Source of the DNA: Thraustochytrium aureum
Lineage: Eukaryota
DNA: 63,355 nucleotides
Reading direction: 5' to 3'
NCBI GenBank assembly: GCA_012862495.1
Contig: BLSG01000161.1
Span: forward strand, 1-63,355
A program made the translations under genes and the position numbers. The first letter of the stretch is position 1, and each line of letters starts with the position of its first letter. Shown here one piece after another: positions 1-10,397 of the stretch. Under the pieces are notes generated by a model. It searched no databases and was not told where the DNA came from. It was given only the letters and a program-made list of their open reading frames with translations.

Positions 1-364
1 CCTTGCTGCTTCGCACCACGTACCCGTGGAGGGGATCGTCCAGGTCCATGCGGTCGGTGATGTACTCGAGTCCGAGCGCCTTGCCGGTGTGGATTGGCAG
101 GAGTTCGGGCGGGATGCGCGGCTCGGTGCCTGGTGGAGTCTGCGCCTGAATTCTCGCAACCTCTGACTTGCACCGGGTTTCGAACCTGGTCGAGGCTTCG
201 TTGCAGAGCAACAGCAGCTCGGGAAGCATGCGCATCCACAGTTCGCGCTTCTCAATTTTGATCAGATGCGACTCTTCCAGCTCGCGCTTGCAGGGCGGGA
301 CGTCCATCAGCTCATACAGTGGCTCCACGAGCCGCGCCTGCGCGTTGCGTCTTGTCAGCGCCAT
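1..364 (-). CDS. Hypothetical protein, 5' part only (runs off the window edge); possibly a stramenopile GNAT-like family member
   Basis: Manual translation from ATG at 364 gives MALTRRNAQARLVEPLYELMDVPPCKRELEESHLIKIEKRELWMRMLPELLLLCNEAS...ALGLEYITDRMDLDDPLHGYVVRSSK. The frame is open to base 1 with coding-like codon usage. It is absent from the ORF track because there is no stop in the window. The family guess is from recollection only. Confidence 0.65.
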   Translation of the reverse strand, partial: MALTRRNAQARLVEPLYELMDVPPCKRELEESHLIKIEKRELWMRMLPELLLLCNEASTRFETRCKSEVARIQAQTPPGTEPRIPPELLPIHTGKALGLEYITDRMDLDDPLHGYVVRSSK

Positions 365-440
365 CGCGCGAGCGTCGGCGACCGCGCGCCGCGCTCGCCA
401 CCAGCACCGCCCTCCCCACGCGCCGGCCGGCCGGTCCGCA

Positions 441-498
441 GACAGGCAAGCAGACAGGCAGGCAAGCAAGCACGCAGGCAGGCAGGCAGGCAAGCACG

Positions 499-545
<47 letters not shown>

Positions 546-580
546 ACAGGCAGGCCTTGGCAGGCAGGCAGACAGGCAGG
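441..580. repeat. (GGCA)n microsatellite in a divergent intergenic region
   Basis: Long run of gcag/ggca tetramers with a few gcaa/gaca variants. Confidence 0.95.
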
Positions 581-778
581 CGACGAAGCGCGCCCGGGAC
601 GCATAAAGTGCCGGGAAAGCACGGTACAGCTAGGGCCAACGCCGCTGCTGCCTGCTCGAGCTACCTAGCGCTCTTCTGTGGAACACGGGCGTCGCGCGTC
701 TGGGCCGGGCGGGGCTCGCGCGGCGCCGGGGGCTGGCCGGCTTGAGCCGCCACCGGCGCGCGCGTGGGAGCCACGGGA

Positions 779-1105
779 ATGTTCGCCTGGGGCAAGGGCT
801 TGTCTTCAGTGATTTCACAGGTGCAAGACACCGTGCGCGAGGTGATTAATGATGCTAATGAGCACGAGGACAGCCTGACGAGAGCTGCTTTCGGGGGCAG
901 CAGCAGCAGCAGCGAAGACGAGGAGCAGGGATTTGAAGCGGATGGTGCTGTCGGGCGGCGAGCGCCTGCGCGGCGACGCGCGAGCCGACGGTCGAGCCGA
1001 GGGTCAAGCGAAGGGCCCAGCGAAGGGTCAAGCGAAGGGCCCAGCAGACGCGAACGCGCGCCGCGGAGAGCAAGCGGCGCAGCCGATGACCGGGCTATGC
1101 ACACC
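779..1105 (+). CDS. Hypothetical protein, N-terminal fragment truncated by an N-gap
   Basis: ATG at 779 gives MFAWGKGLSSVISQVQDTVREVINDANEHEDSL..., an amphipathic helix followed by an acidic/Ser-rich segment. The frame is open into the gap at 1106. Confidence 0.55.
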
Positions 1106-1563
1106 NNNNNNNNNNNNNNNNNNNNNNNNNNNNNNNNNNNNNNNNNNNNNNNNNNNNNNNNNNNNNNNNNNNNNNNNNNNNNNNNNNNNNNNNNNNNNNN
1201 NNNNNNNNNNNNNNNNNNNNNNNNNNNNNNNNNNNNNNNNNNNNNNNNNNNNNNNNNNNNNNNNNNNNNNNNNNNNNNNNNNNNNNNNNNNNNNNNNNNN
1301 NNNNNNNNNNNNNNNNNNNNNNNNNNNNNNNNNNNNNNNNNNNNNNNNNNNNNNNNNNNNNNNNNNNNNNNNNNNNNNNNNNNNNNNNNNNNNNNNNNNN
1401 NNNNNNNNNNNNNNNNNNNNNNNNNNNNNNNNNNNNNNNNNNNNNNNNNNNNNNNNNNNNNNNNNNNNNNNNNNNNNNNNNNNNNNNNNNNNNNNNNNNN
1501 NNNNNNNNNNNNNNNNNNNNNNNNNNNNNNNNNNNNNNNNNNNNNNNNNNNNNNNNNNNNNGA

Positions 1564-2151
1564 TCAGGATCCGAGCGTTTCAAGGCGGCCATGGACCAAA
1601 ACTACCTCGGCGGCGTGCACTGCGCAAAGGCCGTCGCGCCACTCATGATCGCCAGCAAGACCAAGGGCGAGATCGTCTTTATCGCCTCTGCGGCCGCCGC
1701 AGCCTCGTTCATCGGATACAGCAGCTATGCGCCGACCAAATTTGCTCTGCGCGGCCTAGCCGACGCGTTGCGCAACGAGCTTTGCGGGTTCGGGATTAAC
1801 ATCAGGATCGCCTACCCGCCTGACATGGATACGCCCGGCTTTGAGGAGGAAAACAAGTCCAAGCCGAAGGAGACGTTTGAAGTGAGCCCTCCCGAAGTCT
1901 ACTCGACCAGGCTGGTTGCGGACGGCATTATCGACGGCTGCTTGCGTGGCGAGTACCACCTCGCGTCGCCGGATTTGGTGCAAAACCTTTTGGTCTCCAC
2001 AACTGCCAACATCACCCCGCGGGGACGCTTCGGCGCCGTCGAGATCGCGCTCGCTCCGATCCTGGCTCTTGCCATGATCGCCTTTAACTTTCACGCTGAT
2101 CGCGTTGCCGTGCGCTACGGCATGCGCGTACTCGGCGCTGGCTCCGCGTAG
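1564..2151 (+). CDS. KDSR: 3-ketodihydrosphingosine reductase (SDR family), C-terminal part; 5' end lies in the gap
   Basis: NYLG motif, catalytic YxxxK (GYSSYAPTKFALRGLADALRNEL), the KDSR/Tsc10-type signature YPPDMDTPGFEEENKSKP, and a hydrophobic C-terminal segment. Confidence 0.85.
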   Translation, partial: SGSERFKAAMDQNYLGGVHCAKAVAPLMIASKTKGEIVFIASAAAAASFIGYSSYAPTKFALRGLADALRNELCGFGINIRIAYPPDMDTPGFEEENKSKPKETFEVSPPEVYSTRLVADGIIDGCLRGEYHLASPDLVQNLLVSTTANITPRGRFGAVEIALAPILALAMIAFNFHADRVAVRYGMRVLGAGSA

Positions 2152-3116
2152 CCCACAGGGCTACTTGTTCTTCACCGTTTAGAAGCGCCCATCCATCCTT
2201 GTGCACAAAGAAGAGATTGCATTGCCATGTTCGGGACAGTCTTCTTTCTCCTCCTGCCTGCCCATGGAGGTACACTGCCTCTCCCGCGTCTAGAGCTTGA
2301 GAGGCCACCGACAGCGCCGTCTGCAGCCGTTGCCCAAAGCGAGGCGACGGCGCAGCACTTGATGATGGTTGGCAGCTCTCGGACGACGAGGTGGCAACTC
2401 TTCCAGGGCCCCGATCGTTGGCGGCGAGATTGACACGTTGAGGCGTCACTCAACTCCTCACCGCGCGGCCGACCACGTTTGGACGCGCCGCGTGGACTGA
2501 CCCGACCCGCAAAACAGCTCAAGCTGAGAGCCTGTGAGAAAGCTGCTCATTTCGGCGGCCAGCCCAAGGAATGAGTTCACAAGCAAAACGGGGGCGCTCG
2601 AAGGAGGAAAAAGTAAAATTGTTGGCGTAGTAGGTACCTCGGGCTCGCTGCTGAGCAAAACTGGTGTGATCGGAGCCAGGCATGCAACTCGGTCGCATGC
2701 CGCGGCCCACATTAAATCGGCCCGATTCTTGACAAGAACGGGGCCTCAGCCACGAGACCTCGCTCGTCGTGTAGAAAATGGTGAAAGGTAGTAAAGTACC
2801 AAGGGAAGGCGACGCAGCGCCTCCCGCATTCGCGTTTCGCATCTTTCGCCCCGGTGCGACACACGAACAGCCCAAATCAGCCAATACGCGCGGGCCAACG
2901 GGCATTTCGTAAAGTAGTGGAACGCGCAACGCGTCGCTGCACGGCCGTTGGAGTCGCCTGCGGGACGACTTGGCTGGACCAAGCGTTGCCACGACCGTTC
3001 AGAGCGGTCGCGTGACGGCCAATAGGCTATCGCGAAGGAAGCCAGCTAGGCCGCCCACCTGCTCTGGGCACGCACGCGCCTGGACAACGATTGGCGGGGG
3101 CGACGGGGCGTGGTGT

Positions 3117-4239
3117 TTAACTCGCGGATTCGAGGCCACCAGGGCCCTGCGCGCCAAGGAGCTTGGTGATGTCGTACTCCGTGACCACGACAGTGGTTTG
3201 GTCCTGGTCCCACCATGCGTACGCGCGCGATTCGAGCCACACGACCTCGCCCTGCTTGTTGAATCGGCGCAGGCGCACGGTCTGGTTGATGGTCGTCAGG
3301 CTCTTTTGCGCCTTGTCCGCATCGTCTGGAAACAAGAGCTCCTTGTTCGACTTGCCCACGAGCTCCTTGGACTCGAAGCCGAGCACGGCCAGAGAAGACT
3401 TGGCGCTCACAAAGTCGATCAGGCCGTCGCGCACCCTGATGCGCCACGTCAGCACGCGCGGGTTCTCGGTGACCATTTTGGAAAACTCGGACATTTCGCA
3501 CATCATGCTCGTGAGTTCGTCCCGCATCGACATGTCCGACTTGCGCGTGATGCGGAGGTCCTCCTCGAGCCTCGAGCTCTGCATGCGGGCTTCCTCCGCC
3601 TCGCGCTCAGCAAACTTGCGCCGCTCCGTCTCGCGCTTGAGCAAGAGCGACGGCAGCAGGGACGAGCTCTCAAGGAGCAGCTCGCACTCGCCCGAGTCAC
3701 CGATCCGCGACCACTGGCCAACCACAGGGACGCTGTTGCCGTTCGAGTCGATCCAGCGCCAGACGAGCTTGTGGTCCCTTGCCTCGACGGCCTCCTCCTC
3801 GTCCAGAAAGATGGCCTGTTTCATCTGCGTGGCCAAGACCGCCTTGTCCTCTGGCAGCACGAAGTTGAGCACGTCAACTGACCCGAGCGCAATCTCGTTT
3901 TCCGTGACTCCGAGCAGCTGCCGCATGGGAGGCGAGGCCGCCTGCACGATCGCGCGCAGCACCGTATTTTCCACCAGCTCGTCGTCGGCTGCCACAACTG
4001 CAGCCACGCGGGCTTGCGCATTGGGGGACTTGGCGCTGGCGGCGCTGGCGGCAGCCGCGGAAGCAGCGGGCCGGATGGGGCCGGGGAGGGGCGGCGCGCC
4101 TTCCTCGCCCCCGCGACTGCTCAGGATCACCTTGAGGTGGAGGAGGAGCGCGCTGGAGATCTCGTAAATTGCTGACAAGTGCCGCGTGCTGTGCACCTGC
4201 TGCCAGGCGTGCACCTTGTAGGTGAGGCTCACAAGAGAG
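3117..4239 (-). CDS. Tandem PAS-domain protein (3' part; 5' end in the gap)
   Basis: C-terminal PAS_3-like fold (DFVSAKSSLAVLGFESKELVGKSNKELLFPDD...NKQGEVVWLESRA...VVVTEYDIT). A second PAS-like segment (ASPPMRQLLGVTENEI...VLNFVLPED) lies upstream, joined by a coiled coil. Confidence 0.7.
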
Positions 4240-4927
4240 NNNNNNNNNNNNNNNNNNNNNNNNNNNNNNNNNNNNNNNNNNNNNNNNNNNNNNNNNNNNN
4301 NNNNNNNNNNNNNNNNNNNNNNNNNNNNNNNNNNNNNNNNNNNNNNNNNNNNNNNNNNNNNNNNNNNNNNNNNNNNNNNNNNNNNNNNNNNNNNNNNNNN
4401 NNNNNNNNNNNNNNNNNNNNNNNNNNNNNNNNNNNNNNNNNNNNNNNNNNNNNNNNNNNNNNNNNNNNNNNNNNNNNNNNNNNNNNNNNNNNNNNNNNNN
4501 NNNNNNNNNNNNNNNNNNNNNNNNNNNNNNNNNNNNNNNNNNNNNNNNNNNNNNNNNNNNNNNNNNNNNNNNNNNNNNNNNNNNNNNNNNNNNNNNNNNN
4601 NNNNNNNNNNNNNNNNNNNNNNNNNNNNNNNNNNNNNNNNNNNNNNNNNNNNNNNNNNNNNNNNNNNNNNNNNNNNNNNNNNNNNNNNNNNNNNNNNNNN
4701 NNNNNNNNNNNNNNNNNNNNNNNNNNNNNNNNNNNNNNNNNNNNNNNNNNNNNNNNNNNNNNNNNNNNNNNNNNNNNNNNNNNNNNNNNNNNNNNNNNNN
4801 NNNNNNNNNNNNNNNNNNNNNNNNNNNNNNNNNNNNNNNNNNNNNNNNNNNNNNNNNNNNNNNNNNNNNNNNNNNNNNNNNNNNNNNNNNNNNNNNNNNN
4901 NNNNNNNNNNNNNNNNNNNNNNNNNNN

Positions 4928-4949
4928 GCTGCTGCTGCTGCTGCTGCTC
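4928..4949. repeat. (GCT)n microsatellite at the gap edge
   Basis: gctgctgct... immediately after the N-run. Confidence 0.9.
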
Positions 4950-5129
4950 GAGCTGCTGTCGCGGGGCGCTCATCCTGACTGGTGCGCAGACACTGGCAGC
5001 AAATCCTGGTCTGCCAGACACCACATCACCGCCCTCGCCGCACGACCGTCCGTCCGCCCGTCCGTCCACCCCCACCGCCCACCAGGCAGGCAGCGGCTCG
5101 CGGTGGCATCCGCTGAGCGCACGGCCGCC

Positions 5130-5600
5130 ATGTCGCTGGCGTCGGCGAAGGCCCTGCGCGGGGCGGCGGCCGGCTTGGCATGTCGTGGATTGGTGCGTCC
5201 ATCGCGCCACGCCGGGCACTCGACGATGCGCTCCCTCACCTCCGGCACCGAGGCCAAGGCAGCAGAGGCAGGCGCGAAGGCGGGCGGCGGCGGCAAAGCC
5301 CCGGTCGCTCCCTCTGCTGCTGGCGCGGCTGGAGAGAGGGAGGCGCTGGAGGCGATGCGGCGCGCACGGGAGGGCCCGACGCGCGTGCAAAAGCCCGTGC
5401 AGACCGCGACGACGTTTTTCATGCTGAGCAACCCGGAGCTGTACCTGGACCCGCGCAAGGGCTCGACCATGAAGATCGTGGCCGGAGTGTGGCTCTTTTT
5501 TGGCGCGTATATGGGGTACGTGCTGTACAGCGAGCGCGAGGCGGAGCGCGCGGCACAGAAAGGGTTTGTGGGGCCGCGGCGGCCCAGCGGGCGCATCTAG
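5130..5600 (+). CDS. Small single-pass membrane protein, SMIM8/DUF4500-like, probably mitochondrial
   Basis: Arg/Ala/Ser-rich presequence-like N-terminus (MSLASAKALRGAAAGLACRGLVR). The segment TTFFMLSNPELYLDPRKGSTMKIVAGVWLFFGAYMGYVLY resembles the SMIM8 pattern TTLFRAVNPELFIKPNK...AYIGY as I recall it. Confidence 0.6.
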   Translation: MSLASAKALRGAAAGLACRGLVRPSRHAGHSTMRSLTSGTEAKAAEAGAKAGGGGKAPVAPSAAGAAGEREALEAMRRAREGPTRVQKPVQTATTFFMLSNPELYLDPRKGSTMKIVAGVWLFFGAYMGYVLYSEREAERAAQKGFVGPRRPSGRI

Positions 5601-6098
5601 CAAGTATAGGAGTCGCTCGCGCAAGGGAGGCGCCGCCGGGCCGGCAAGCGCCGCTCCAGAGGGCGGCGCAGGCCTCGTGTAGGTATGGTATCGTGGTCGG
5701 GCGGATGAAGAACAGTTTCTCTTTTGCTTGCTTGGTCAATGCAGTGTGCAGGGCAGTCCTTGCCACCTCCACCCCACCACATGCGCCCCAGAACATGGCC
5801 CTCGCTATAGAGAGACCTGTCAGCGGCGGTGGTGTGGAGTCATGGACTTGGTCGATTGCCAGCTCGTTTCAAGGCCGTCGACGGCGCCGTGCGCCCTCCC
5901 AAGGCGACTCGGCACGGCCGCTTGCAACGCCCAGAACGTGGTCCGGCGGAGGCGGAGGCGCGTCTGGCCCGAGGCCGAGGCCCCTCGTCTCCGTGTGCTC
6001 TCTCCTTGCAGCCCGTCGGTTGGGGACCGACCGGCCTTGCTCGTCTCGTCCAAGGGAAATGTCATGTGCAGGGTCATGGGGCGCGCGTCTCGCGCGCA

Positions 6099-7046
6099 TC
6101 ACGCGCGAGGAGACGCAAGCGAGTCCAGCTGCTCCAGCTCTTCGATCGCCTTGTCCAGCGCAGGCAGCGGGTTTGAGGACTGCGCAAGGGTGGCCAGCGA
6201 GCGCTTTTCAAAGTGCGTGAGCACCGCGTGCGTGTTGCAGTCGATGAGCTCCTTGAGGGACTGCGCCTTGCGCAGCTCGCGCTCACACGCCTTGCCGCAA
6301 AGGTCGTGCTCGCGTTGGCGCTGCGCCAACTTGGCCTTGAGCGAGAGAATGTCCTCCTGGAGAACCTCCCTGCGGTCCTTGTGCTCAATGAGCCGGCTGC
6401 GCGAATGCACGAAAGCAATCCACATGCGCTTCCCCTTGAGCACGCTCAGCGTTTGGCACTTGTCGACGTGGTCGGGAAAGTTGCGCTGCAGGAGGTCCTT
6501 GAGGGAGATGCTCTCCTTGAGGTTTGCCGTGGACACGGTTTTCTCGCGGCATGAGGGACAAGGGCGTGCGTCCGCGCCAGAGGCGCTGGGCTCGACGGTG
6601 GATGGTTCGGGCTGGCGACCGGTGCGGTCCTGCTTTCTCCGCACTTCAGCAGAGCAGGCGAGGTCGTGCTGGATAATACATGCGCGGCAGAACGAGTGCC
6701 CGCACATCAGAGTCACGGGTCTATAGAACAGGTCTAGGCAGATTGGGCAGGTGAGCGCGGCCTTCAGGTCGTCACTGGGATTGGGCCGCGGGGCGCTCAG
6801 GCGCTTGGATGGGGAGGCCTTGGCAACAGTTGCGGCTGGTGCGCATTCGCTGCCCGGGATCGGCCCCGCGCTTACGCTGCGAACGGTGAGACGGAGGCGC
6901 TCGGGGCACGATGGAAGGGTGAAGCGGACCTTTTTCTTTCGCGGCGAGGGCTGGCTGTCGCGCGCGCGCTTCTCGACGACTGAGGGCGAAAACTTGGCCC
7001 ACTGTCCTGACACGGGCGTCTCGTTTGCGAGTGTTGCGGTCATCAT
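6099..7046 (-). CDS. C3HC4 RING-finger protein (putative E3 ligase) with a C-terminal coiled coil
   Basis: LTCPICLDLFYRPVTLMCGHSFCRACI...CPSCR. Start placed at the MM at 7046; the frame stays open upstream to at least 7190. Confidence 0.85.
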   Translation of the reverse strand: MMTATLANETPVSGQWAKFSPSVVEKRARDSQPSPRKKKVRFTLPSCPERLRLTVRSVSAGPIPGSECAPAATVAKASPSKRLSAPRPNPSDDLKAALTCPICLDLFYRPVTLMCGHSFCRACIIQHDLACSAEVRRKQDRTGRQPEPSTVEPSASGADARPCPSCREKTVSTANLKESISLKDLLQRNFPDHVDKCQTLSVLKGKRMWIAFVHSRSRLIEHKDRREVLQEDILSLKAKLAQRQREHDLCGKACERELRKAQSLKELIDCNTHAVLTHFEKRSLATLAQSSNPLPALDKAIEELEQLDSLASPRA

Positions 7047-9751
7047 CGCTCGCTCGCTCGCTTGCGTGCGCTGCCTGCGGCTTCGACGTGCTTGGCGATG
7101 CGCGAGGGGCCGGCTTTCTTCGTCGTTGCAGAGCTCGTGCTTGTACGATTGCGAGTCTGATGCGAGTTGCGTGAGCTTTGCCAGTTGCACCTCGCAGAGG
7201 GCTTGCTGGCGCCGGCAGCTGCTGTCGTGGGGTGAGTGGGACTGGCTGCTAAGAGTGCGCGGTTCAACCGACCTTGGCGACCACGCTCCTTTCGAGCCCG
7301 AGCTCGTGGGAGCCGCGGCGCGTCCCGGACGGGACCACGTGCACCCTCTCTAGCGGACCAGAGCGGCTCCTGCTCTCTGGTCTCGTTGTCGACGCGGGCG
7401 CTTTCTTCGGTTGCGGCGCAGCGTGGTAAAGTACACGGAAACCGCTGACAGGATGCCCGCTGACGGACGACGGCCCGGGCGCACGACGCGTCTGGGTTTG
7501 TGCCGGCCGCAGTGGTGCAGAGCGCAGCCACCGACTGTCGGATGCTTGCTGATTCGCCTTTGCCGCTGCGGCCTGGTATGTTCGGTGGATTGGGGCGGTG
7601 GCTGCCACTTGGGGATGACTTACCCCTGGGCGTCGGTTCCAGATCGCCTTGGCGACGAATTGAATTTGTTGGAGTTCTGGCGGTCAGCCGAGCAGGCCTG
7701 AGAAAACTCCCAAGCAGGCGGCGGGTGGCGGGGCGGGCTTGCCAATGTCCGGGTCGTCCGCCGGCAAGAGGATTTCGATGATTGCCTTCGGAGCGGTGTG
7801 GGCTGGTGCGCACCAAGGAGTGCGCTGTGCCGGGCTGCGATGTGCGAGCCGTGAATTGGTCTGCCGATAAATGTGCGATGGATGCTGCGGAGGCCTCGCG
7901 AATGCCTCGCCTTTGGAAACCCGAGCTGATGCTTGCTTTGTCTGCCTTTGAGAGCCTTGTCTTGCTTTAAAAAAGCGGGTCTTGGGCACTCTCGCTGTCG
8001 TGGCGATGCTCAGTGCTGCGCAGATTGGCAAGCCTTGCTCCCTCGCTCCCCCCGCTCTCTCTAGGCGCTGCACGAACGACGTCGCGTACCAAGCCCAAGG
8101 CCCCTTCTATGCGCAAGAAACGCGCAGGGATGGCTAGATCGGAAGAGCGATGGAGATGGATGGTTGCCTTTTTTGCCGTGTGAACCACCTTTGCTTTTGC
8201 AAAATTGACACGCCGTGCAACTCCCCAAAGCGCTGGGGCGAGCCAGCCGCCCAGGCGCCTCTGAGGGAATTCAACTCGATGGTTGGAGCAAGGTAGGAGG
8301 ATTCGCTAAGGGCGGCGCAACAAGCACCACACCCGGGCTGGGATCCCAGTCTTCGTATCCTCTCGTGCCAGGGCACGAGTTCCGTTTACTCGTTCTGCTG
8401 GCGCGATGGTCCTCTTTCTAACCAAGTACAGGCAGGTGTGTCTGCAGAGGAGACAGGAGAGTGGGTGGGTCGGTGGAGAAATAGTGGGTTGGTGGGGGGT
8501 CGACGCATCGTAAGGTGGGACAAGGGCCTGTCTCCCACATCTGACTGTCTCGAGATGGGCGGGGTGGGTGGGTTGGTGCTGCGATCGCCCCCCTCCCAGC
8601 GCTTCGTCCCAGCAAGCCGCTCGAAGACATACACACCACCCCAACTTGCCACCTTTCGATGAAGCTGTCTGTCTATCCAAGGCCACCGGGCGCTCGCTGC
8701 ACGCCCAGTTTGGCTAGCTTGGCCAGACTGACCCTGCAGGAGGGCCTTCCGCTGCGGCATTGCCGGCTTTGCAGGCACCGAGGGCCTCGTCGACATCGTC
8801 CTCCGCGCCCGAGACTCAGCACTTGCGCGCCAGGCGTGTGGAAGACCCCGCGAGATGGTGCACTTTCTCGATACAATTCCAAGCAAGCCGAGGGCTCAAG
8901 CCGAAGGCACGCATGAAAGCGCGCGCGCATAGGCCACTCAGTACCTACGACTGCATGCATCCCAGCGAGCACCACGACCTCTAGAGGTAGGTAGGGGTCG
9001 TTCGCCCGTCGCACATTCGGAGCTGCATGTCCAAGTTCTAGTCTTCGCCACATTTTGCGTCCGGGTGATGTCCTGCGAATCCAAGAGAGGCCAGCAACAC
9101 ATGTGGCGGCGCCGCACGCATCCACGCGCGCTTGGGCCTGGCTCGGATGTGCGGCTGGCTGCCTCGGCCTGCCCGACCTCGGCCAACCTGATCTCGGCTG
9201 AAAACATTGACCAACCCCAACTCGACCTTTGTCATACCAGAATCCTTCACCAGGTGATTATGTCTCATTATTGTGCGCTTGGTCTTGTAGGTTTGCCCGG
9301 CAGTTCCGTGTTTGCCAAGTGTGAATGAATGGGCGATGGATGCGATGGGGGCGTCAAGCCCTGTTGGCGCAGCGCCGAGGAGGCCAGNNNNNNNNNNNNN
9401 NNNNNNNNNNNNNNNNNNNNNNNNNNNNNNNNNNNNNNNNNNNNNNNNNNNNNNNNNNNNNNNNNNNNNNNNNNNNNNNNNNNNNNNNNNNNNNNNNNNN
9501 NNNNNNNNNNNNNNNNNNNNNNNNNNNNNNNNNNNNNNNNNNNNNNNNNNNNNNNNNNNNNNNNNNNNNNNNNNNNNNNNNNNNNNNNNNGCGGCGCGTT
9601 GCGACCGTTGCGCGCATGGTTGGTCAAACGACTCTCGTTTTTGTTCTGCTCAACTATAAGTCAAGAATCTATCTGACTCCCAGGCCAGCGTGACTTGGCA
9701 AGGACGCCGGCCCCAGCGCACACCGCCTGCCGCGCCGGCTCGTTGGACGCT

Positions 9752-10008
9752 GCCACCTGAACCCACGCGCCCTGTTCAGTGGATGGGCAGTCCAACAAAA
9801 CGCCTTGGCCGAAAGCGGGGAGCCGAGCCCGCTCCGGCCTTGGCCCGGCTTCCTCCGAAAGCGTGGTGGATGCATGCGTCGGCCACCTGAACCCACGCGC
9901 CCTGTTCAGTGGATCGGCGGTCCAACAAAACGCCTTGGCCGAAAGCGGGGAGCCGAGCCCGCTCCGGCCTTGGCCCGGCTTCCTCCGAAAGCGTGGTGGA
10001 TGCATGCG
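9752..10008. repeat. Near-perfect 130-bp tandem duplication (2 copies) rich in hairpins
   Basis: The unit starting gccacctgaacccacgcgccctgttcagtggat begins at 9752 and again at 9882. The copies differ at about 2 positions. Confidence 0.95.
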
Positions 10009-10397
10009 ACAGCGCTTTGGCACGTCGGTACCCCGCCAGAGATTCGCCTGACCTCAGCCAAAGGCCGATGCGGCTTTCTGTCCCCAAACCTGGCTGGCGA
10101 CGGCCGGCCGGGACACAGTGCGGCCGGGAACAAGCAGAGGCCGGGACGCTCGCCTTTTGGGGCCGCAAGCTTGCGCAAGCTTGCAATGCTCTGTCACGGT
10201 GCTGCCGTGCCGCAAGGTCCTCTGGCGAGCAAGAGGGAGGGAGAAAAGCGATGGCCTAGTCGGGCCGGGCCTCCATATTGTTCAGTCAATTGACAGTGGT
10301 GTAGAGTAGGTAGAGTAGAGTTGTAGCTGATACAACAGGCCCCGAACTGATTGGTATCGATCGATCTATTGATACAAGCAAGCCCTCGAGTGACTGC

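Noticed and set aside
168..745. ORFs across the GGCA microsatellite
   Set aside because: They are low-complexity translations of a simple repeat (RQAG/ACLP).
7200..9387. Many short overlapping ORFs in a 2-kb region
   Set aside because: No motif or coherent coding frame was seen. Open frames are expected by chance at this GC content, though a diverged gene cannot be excluded.
10300..10327. gtagagtag-type motifs (also ~12495-12525 and ~34010-34025)
   Set aside because: Short, low-complexity and in inconsistent positions relative to genes; no function can be assigned.
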